A stretch of DNA of 20,000 nucleotides from an uncultured virus (IMG/VR IMGVR_UViG_3300037963_002079) (Duplodnaviria > Heunggongvirae > Uroviricota > Caudoviricetes). Of the stretch, positions 16,392 through 20,000 are shown piece by piece. The notes under the pieces are model-generated. The model did not search any database. It saw only the letters and a program-made list of their open reading frames with translations, and had not been told where the DNA came from. The stretch lies in IMG/VR virus record IMGVR_UViG_3300037963_002079; one strand, given 5' to 3'. How positions within the stretch are numbered: position 1 is the stretch's first letter; every line of letters begins with the position of its first letter. A program made the translations under genes and the position numbers.

Positions 16392-18152
16392 TTATTCTGA
16401 AGTATATTTGTCCATTAATTGGTTTTCAAACGAATCAGGAGCGGTGTGTGTTTGATACTCAAAGTGATATGGGTCAGAATAAGATTGTTCCATGTCTTCT
16501 CCAGCAAAATATCTATTGATGTCTCTAGAAAAACTATATGGTACATCAAATATTGACCTTAATCTATAAAACTGTGGAAAATGTGCAGACTCCGCTATAA
16601 GGTCAGATACATATTCTTGCATATTTATATTTTCTACAAATTTGCTACCTGATTTTGATGGTTCTGGGAATGCTATATGTATATTTCTTGTAAAAGGATT
16701 AAAATGAGGTCTGAATCGTGAAAATCGGGTTCCCATTTTTTTAGGAAATTGTTTAGCCAACATATGTGGTTCATTTATAATTTTATCCATACCCAAATCT
16801 TCTACCATTTTCATAAGTTTTGTATAATGGACTAATCTGCCGTCAGGCATTTCTACGAATTGGGCTTGACCATCTGAAGCTTTAAAAGCATCATATATAT
16901 TTTTTTGTGGTTGTGATAGTTTGTTATATGATTCTTCTTTTAAATCAACAAACTCTATTTCAGGTAGCATTACGTTAGTAACTGGTTCGTCTAAATTTTT
17001 TTTTTTACCTCCGTTCTTAAATTTACCACCCTTTTTAAAATTCATAACCATTGTGTTCATATCTTGATTCATAGGTAATGAAACCATTGTGTTCATGTTT
17101 TGGTTCATTGGTAAAGACACAACGCCTGGTATATATCCTTTATCTTCTCCTCCATGACGTTTTATCCAGTCCCCTAGATATGAATTGTAAAAAACTTTAT
17201 TTCTACCCAACTCTCTTTTTATTTCGTTTGGTTTTCCTTTGTTTTTATATGAATGTCTTTTGTACTCTGCTGCCGCTTTTTTTACATTTCCAGTCCTAAT
17301 AGCGTCCATAAACTTTGGAAACTTTTTAACTGCGTTTCCTAAATTGTATTCAAAATCTACCAACATAAGTTTTTCTATTTCGGACAGTTTTTCAAATTCA
17401 CCCTCCCCAAATTTACCATCGAAATCTTCACTTAAACTTTTCATATTAGAGTTAATGTCTTGTCGAAGAAAATCATTCGCTTCTTTTACAGTAATACCGT
17501 TTTTATAATCATTTTCTATATCCAATCCTTTGACAGCACTATTAGTTCTTCCAAAACCTATAGTAACTTTACCTCCAACATCTTTGTATGGATAATATCT
17601 TCCGTTTTCAAAAGCTTTATAAAATCCTCCACCTGGTTTTGGTATAATAGAAGGTGTTTTCTTCATTACAGCGTCGGAAGCTTCTACTGATTTTACATAA
17701 TTTGTATAATACCCATAGTTATCAACTTTAGGAGTTTCTTCTGTTGTAGTTCCTCCGTTCTCATACATCATCACACTAGGATTTACAAATGGATTTTCGA
17801 TTGTAGTATCTATATTGTATGGTGTTAAAGACAGAGAGCCACCACCCTTAGTGGCTTTTCTATCTATAATTCCTGACTGCCTAGACACTGAGGTCCCTAC
17901 ACCAGCCTCTGTTACACCAGAATCACCAACTCTTGGTTCTAAACCATCTCTTGGGTCACCTACATCACCTCTTTCTTGCGGATTGTCTAAAGTAACATCA
18001 GTAAAGGTAGGTCCACCCATGTTTTGATTGTAAGGGTCAAAGGTACCTCCAGTATTCATTATCTGACGACTTTTTAATATAGCGTCCTCTATTATCATAG
18101 GTACGTGTTTAACATTACCTATCATGTTAATCATGTCCTTATATGAACCCAT
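16392..18152 (-). CDS. Multidomain protein with a central GH24/T4-type lysozyme domain (probable virion-associated muralytic protein)
   Basis: 586 aa. E-X8-D-X5-T spacing in ENGRYYPYKDVGGKVT(IGFG), followed by ITVKEANDFLRQD, LVDFEYNLG and KFPKFMDAI, all typical of phage lysozymes. Confidence 0.8.
   Translation of the reverse strand: MGSYKDMINMIGNVKHVPMIIEDAILKSRQIMNTGGTFDPYNQNMGGPTFTDVTLDNPQERGDVGDPRDGLEPRVGDSGVTEAGVGTSVSRQSGIIDRKATKGGGSLSLTPYNIDTTIENPFVNPSVMMYENGGTTTEETPKVDNYGYYTNYVKSVEASDAVMKKTPSIIPKPGGGFYKAFENGRYYPYKDVGGKVTIGFGRTNSAVKGLDIENDYKNGITVKEANDFLRQDINSNMKSLSEDFDGKFGEGEFEKLSEIEKLMLVDFEYNLGNAVKKFPKFMDAIRTGNVKKAAAEYKRHSYKNKGKPNEIKRELGRNKVFYNSYLGDWIKRHGGEDKGYIPGVVSLPMNQNMNTMVSLPMNQDMNTMVMNFKKGGKFKNGGKKKNLDEPVTNVMLPEIEFVDLKEESYNKLSQPQKNIYDAFKASDGQAQFVEMPDGRLVHYTKLMKMVEDLGMDKIINEPHMLAKQFPKKMGTRFSRFRPHFNPFTRNIHIAFPEPSKSGSKFVENINMQEYVSDLIAESAHFPQFYRLRSIFDVPYSFSRDINRYFAGEDMEQSYSDPYHFEYQTHTAPDSFENQLMDKYTSE
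17047..17118 (-). repeat. Imperfect 36-nt tandem duplication in the interdomain linker
   Basis: Encodes VSLPMNQNMNTM / VSLPMNQDMNTM. The DNA copies differ mostly at synonymous positions. Confidence 0.85.
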
Positions 18153-18153
18153 A

Positions 18154-18729
18154 TTAGTCTAATTGTCTATAAGTACCTCCAGATTTATAAGTAGTTTTCA
18201 TTTTTCCACCACCCATATAGGTCATCATATTGTTCATCATTCTTCTTCTGTCTTTCATGCCTTGCATTTTCATTCCTCCTGGCGCTTTTTTCATTTTCAT
18301 TCCATGACGAGCCATAGAACCCATAGTTTCATCCATTTTTCCACCTTTTGCCATATAACCCATTTTATTTCTTACCTCAGTAGGTAATTTAGCGAGACCA
18401 GGATTCTTTTTAGAATTAACTTTTTTCAGTTTACCACCTTTTCTCATTTTCTTCGTTTTAGGTATGGTTCCTATGTTTTGCATTTTAGACTGAATTACCA
18501 ATAATTTTTTTCTTGCTTGTTCAGGACTTAATTTACCTGAATCCATATCTTTTTTTATTTGTATAATTTGTTTGTCTAAAGATGCTTGTGACTCACCTTT
18601 TTGTTCTTTTGTCGCACCCTTACCGCCATCTGCCATTTTCTTCTTCATTCCGTAACGAGCTTTCTGCATTGGTTTGTTGTATCCACCACCATGTCCGTAG
18701 GACATTTTTTTCTTTTTTGATTTTTTCAT
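18154..18729 (-). CDS. K/M/G-rich low-complexity basic protein with repeated xxGG motifs and C-terminal QLD
   Basis: 191 aa with YGHGG, MADGG, MRKGG, MAKGG, YMGGG and YKSGG. First gene of the minus-strand block. Confidence 0.75.
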   Translation of the reverse strand: MKKSKKKKMSYGHGGGYNKPMQKARYGMKKKMADGGKGATKEQKGESQASLDKQIIQIKKDMDSGKLSPEQARKKLLVIQSKMQNIGTIPKTKKMRKGGKLKKVNSKKNPGLAKLPTEVRNKMGYMAKGGKMDETMGSMARHGMKMKKAPGGMKMQGMKDRRRMMNNMMTYMGGGKMKTTYKSGGTYRQLD

Positions 18730-18754
18730 TTTACTATAGTATTTAAATTTTCTA

Positions 18755-18762
18755 CAAAGATA
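18755..18762 (-). promoter_or_regulatory. Bacteroidota-type -7 promoter box (TATCTTTG) heading the structural block
   Basis: TTATCTTTGTAG about 25 nt upstream of ATG 18729. Confidence 0.6.
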
Positions 18763-18932
18763 AAAAAAATTTTTTTATTTTTTTAAAATTGTATGTAGTT
18801 ATAAGAGAGGGATACAATATAGCAAACCACCCCCTGTGGTTGCGTAACTTTGTACACCGTACCCTATTTTGCAAGCGTCGTTCCTCCTTTGTTTTATATT
18901 ACACATAGATATTAACCTTAAATTATTTAACT

Positions 18933-19085
18933 ATGTATTACCTTGTATTATTCTTATCAATCTTATTAGCAGTTTGTAAACTATTCTTATTCGCTGGTCT
19001 TGTCTACTTAATCTATTGTTACCTTAAGCACGACGCATCAGCACCACCAAACCACTTTAACAAACATAGAATCGGGGACAAATAG
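18933..19085 (+). CDS. 50-aa hydrophobic membrane micro-protein (not in the ORF track)
   Basis: MYYLVLFLSILLAVCKLFLFAGLVYLIYCYLKHDASAPPNHFNKHRIGDK*. Preceded by the repeated GATATTAACC leader and ends in a hairpin (19071-19093). Confidence 0.55.
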   Translation: MYYLVLFLSILLAVCKLFLFAGLVYLIYCYLKHDASAPPNHFNKHRIGDK

Positions 19086-19109
19086 TCCTCGGTTTACAAA
19101 TTATATATT

Positions 19110-19190
19110 ATGAATGTATCTAAAATTGACGTATTGTTTATTATTTGTGCAATTATTGTCTACGAAATTATAAATATAGGGCTATTGTAG
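19110..19190 (+). CDS. 26-aa hydrophobic peptide (not in the ORF track)
   Basis: MNVSKIDVLFIICAIIVYEIINIGLL*. AT-rich leader similar to neighbouring plus-strand starts, with the stop inside a terminator stem. Confidence 0.4.
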   Translation: MNVSKIDVLFIICAIIVYEIINIGLL

Positions 19191-19199
19191 CCCTTTTTT
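19178..19199 (+). terminator. Rho-independent terminator
   Basis: AGGGCTA-TTG-TAGCCCT followed by a T run. Confidence 0.7.
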
Positions 19200-19557
19200 G
19201 CACAATTTATGTGTATTTACGATATATACAGCTAATCTCCTACACTCTTTTATGTACTATTTACATAGTTATTTACTATGATAAATCTGTAATTGTTTGA
19301 TTATCAGTTAGTTATTGGATATTTATACTATATTATACTATATATTAGTATGTATTATTTATTTAACTGATTAAACTATATATTAATTATGATACGAAGT
19401 TATACAATTATTTTTATATTGTCAAGTGTTTTACCAACTATATTTATTACTATATTACATCGGTAATGTATTTATGTGATTAACAATATATTACGATAGT
19501 CACTTCGTTCCTTCGGTTAGGTATTATTTATGGATATTAACCAATAAATATATTATT

Positions 19558-19797
19558 ATGAACAATGAAACAAACTTTCTAGAACAACTAGAACAAAAAA
19601 ACGATTATCTTTATCAACAACTTAAAGAAGAATACAACAAATATCTTAAAGTAAATAGAGATATGAACAATAAGTATCCTGAAGCATACCAACAAACTGC
19701 AACATTCTACGAATGGGTACAGTCAGTATTACCAGAAAAGAAATGTGATGAACCATTACACAATCATCATGATGGATGTCCAGTATGTGATATGTAA
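19558..19797 (+). CDS. Hypothetical protein with C-terminal Cys/His metal-binding motif
   Basis: 79 aa ending CDEPLHNHHDGCPVCDM, with the repeated leader upstream and a terminator downstream. Confidence 0.7.
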   Translation: MNNETNFLEQLEQKNDYLYQQLKEEYNKYLKVNRDMNNKYPEAYQQTATFYEWVQSVLPEKKCDEPLHNHHDGCPVCDM

Positions 19798-19804
19798 TTA
19801 CATT

Positions 19805-19828
19805 AAGAGAGCTTGTCTCTCTTTTTTT
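19805..19828 (+). terminator. Rho-independent terminator
   Basis: AAGAGAG-CTTGT-CTCTCTT followed by a T run, just after the 19797 stop. Confidence 0.7.
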
Positions 19829-19887
19829 CACGAAGCGTCTGTGACTTTCGGTTCACATACTTTGTATGTTCATTCTTATTACATATT

Positions 19888-19964
19888 GGACATATTTATC
19901 TAAACTTACGAACACACACACAACTAACATCAGGTGTTTCAAGTAAAGACAATGTCCTTTTTTT
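19888..19964 (+). ncRNA. Candidate structured small RNA (long imperfect hairpin plus U-tract)
   Basis: Nested pairings GGACAT/ATGTCC, TCT/AGA, ACTT/AAGT and GAACAC/GTGTTT around a C/A-rich loop, followed by T7. Confidence 0.35.
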
Positions 19965-20000
19965 GCTTAAATATTAACTTAAATATATATATTATGAACT

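Noticed and set aside
16316..16519. Plus-strand 67-aa ORF MKTWKIKK...
   Set aside because: It overlaps the lysozyme gene antisense and has no supporting promoter or recognisable motif. The region is better explained by minus-strand promoter and terminator signals.
1903..18387. Plus-strand ORFs in the track (e.g. 5406-6095, 8506-8859, 15442-15768, 17239-17508)
   Set aside because: They are antisense shadows of well-supported minus-strand genes, with S/F/L/I-rich composition typical of reverse-complement frames.
1..18729. Stop-codon reassignment (TAG/TGA), known in some crAss-like lineages
   Set aside because: TerL, portal, MCP and the tail genes are full length in the standard code with dense gene packing, and TAG serves as an apparent real stop for the scaffold gene (9044-9046).
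19646..19831. Minus-strand 61-aa ORF
   Set aside because: It is antisense to the better supported 79-aa plus-strand gene and its terminator.
18730..20000. CRISPR mini-array or tRNA genes in the intergenic region
   Set aside because: The repeats are short, degenerate and spaced hundreds of bases apart, and I found no cloverleaf or T-loop GTTCRA context.

Overview
This window is part of a crAss-like (Crassvirales-type) tailed phage genome, probably infecting a Bacteroidota host (TAnnTTTG promoter boxes, A-rich leaders without Shine-Dalgarno sites). Bases 1-18729 form one minus-strand packaging/structural block. In transcription order: a K/M/G-rich basic protein, a 586-aa multidomain lysozyme, a hypothetical, putative TerS, five small basic proteins, TerL, portal, an acidic scaffold-like protein, major capsid protein, capsid accessory proteins, conserved crAss-type ring/tail genes, an IHF/HU-like protein, tail tubular protein and a tail stabilisation protein that runs off the window edge. 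From about 18730 a divergent AT-rich region carries plus-strand micro-ORFs, terminators and a repeated leader motif. The most notable observations are: (i) lysine-rich proteins sharing (Y/F/W/M)xxGG and AxxGMK motifs and a C-terminal Q(H/L)D tag, with the same GG motifs bracketing the lysozyme domain, a candidate virion cargo-tagging/processing system; (ii) an exact 19-nt direct repeat flanking one tagged gene; (iii) two candidate small RNAs; (iv) a roughly 130-aa domain inserted in the tail tubular protein. Family assignments come from motif recognition and synteny, not from database searches.
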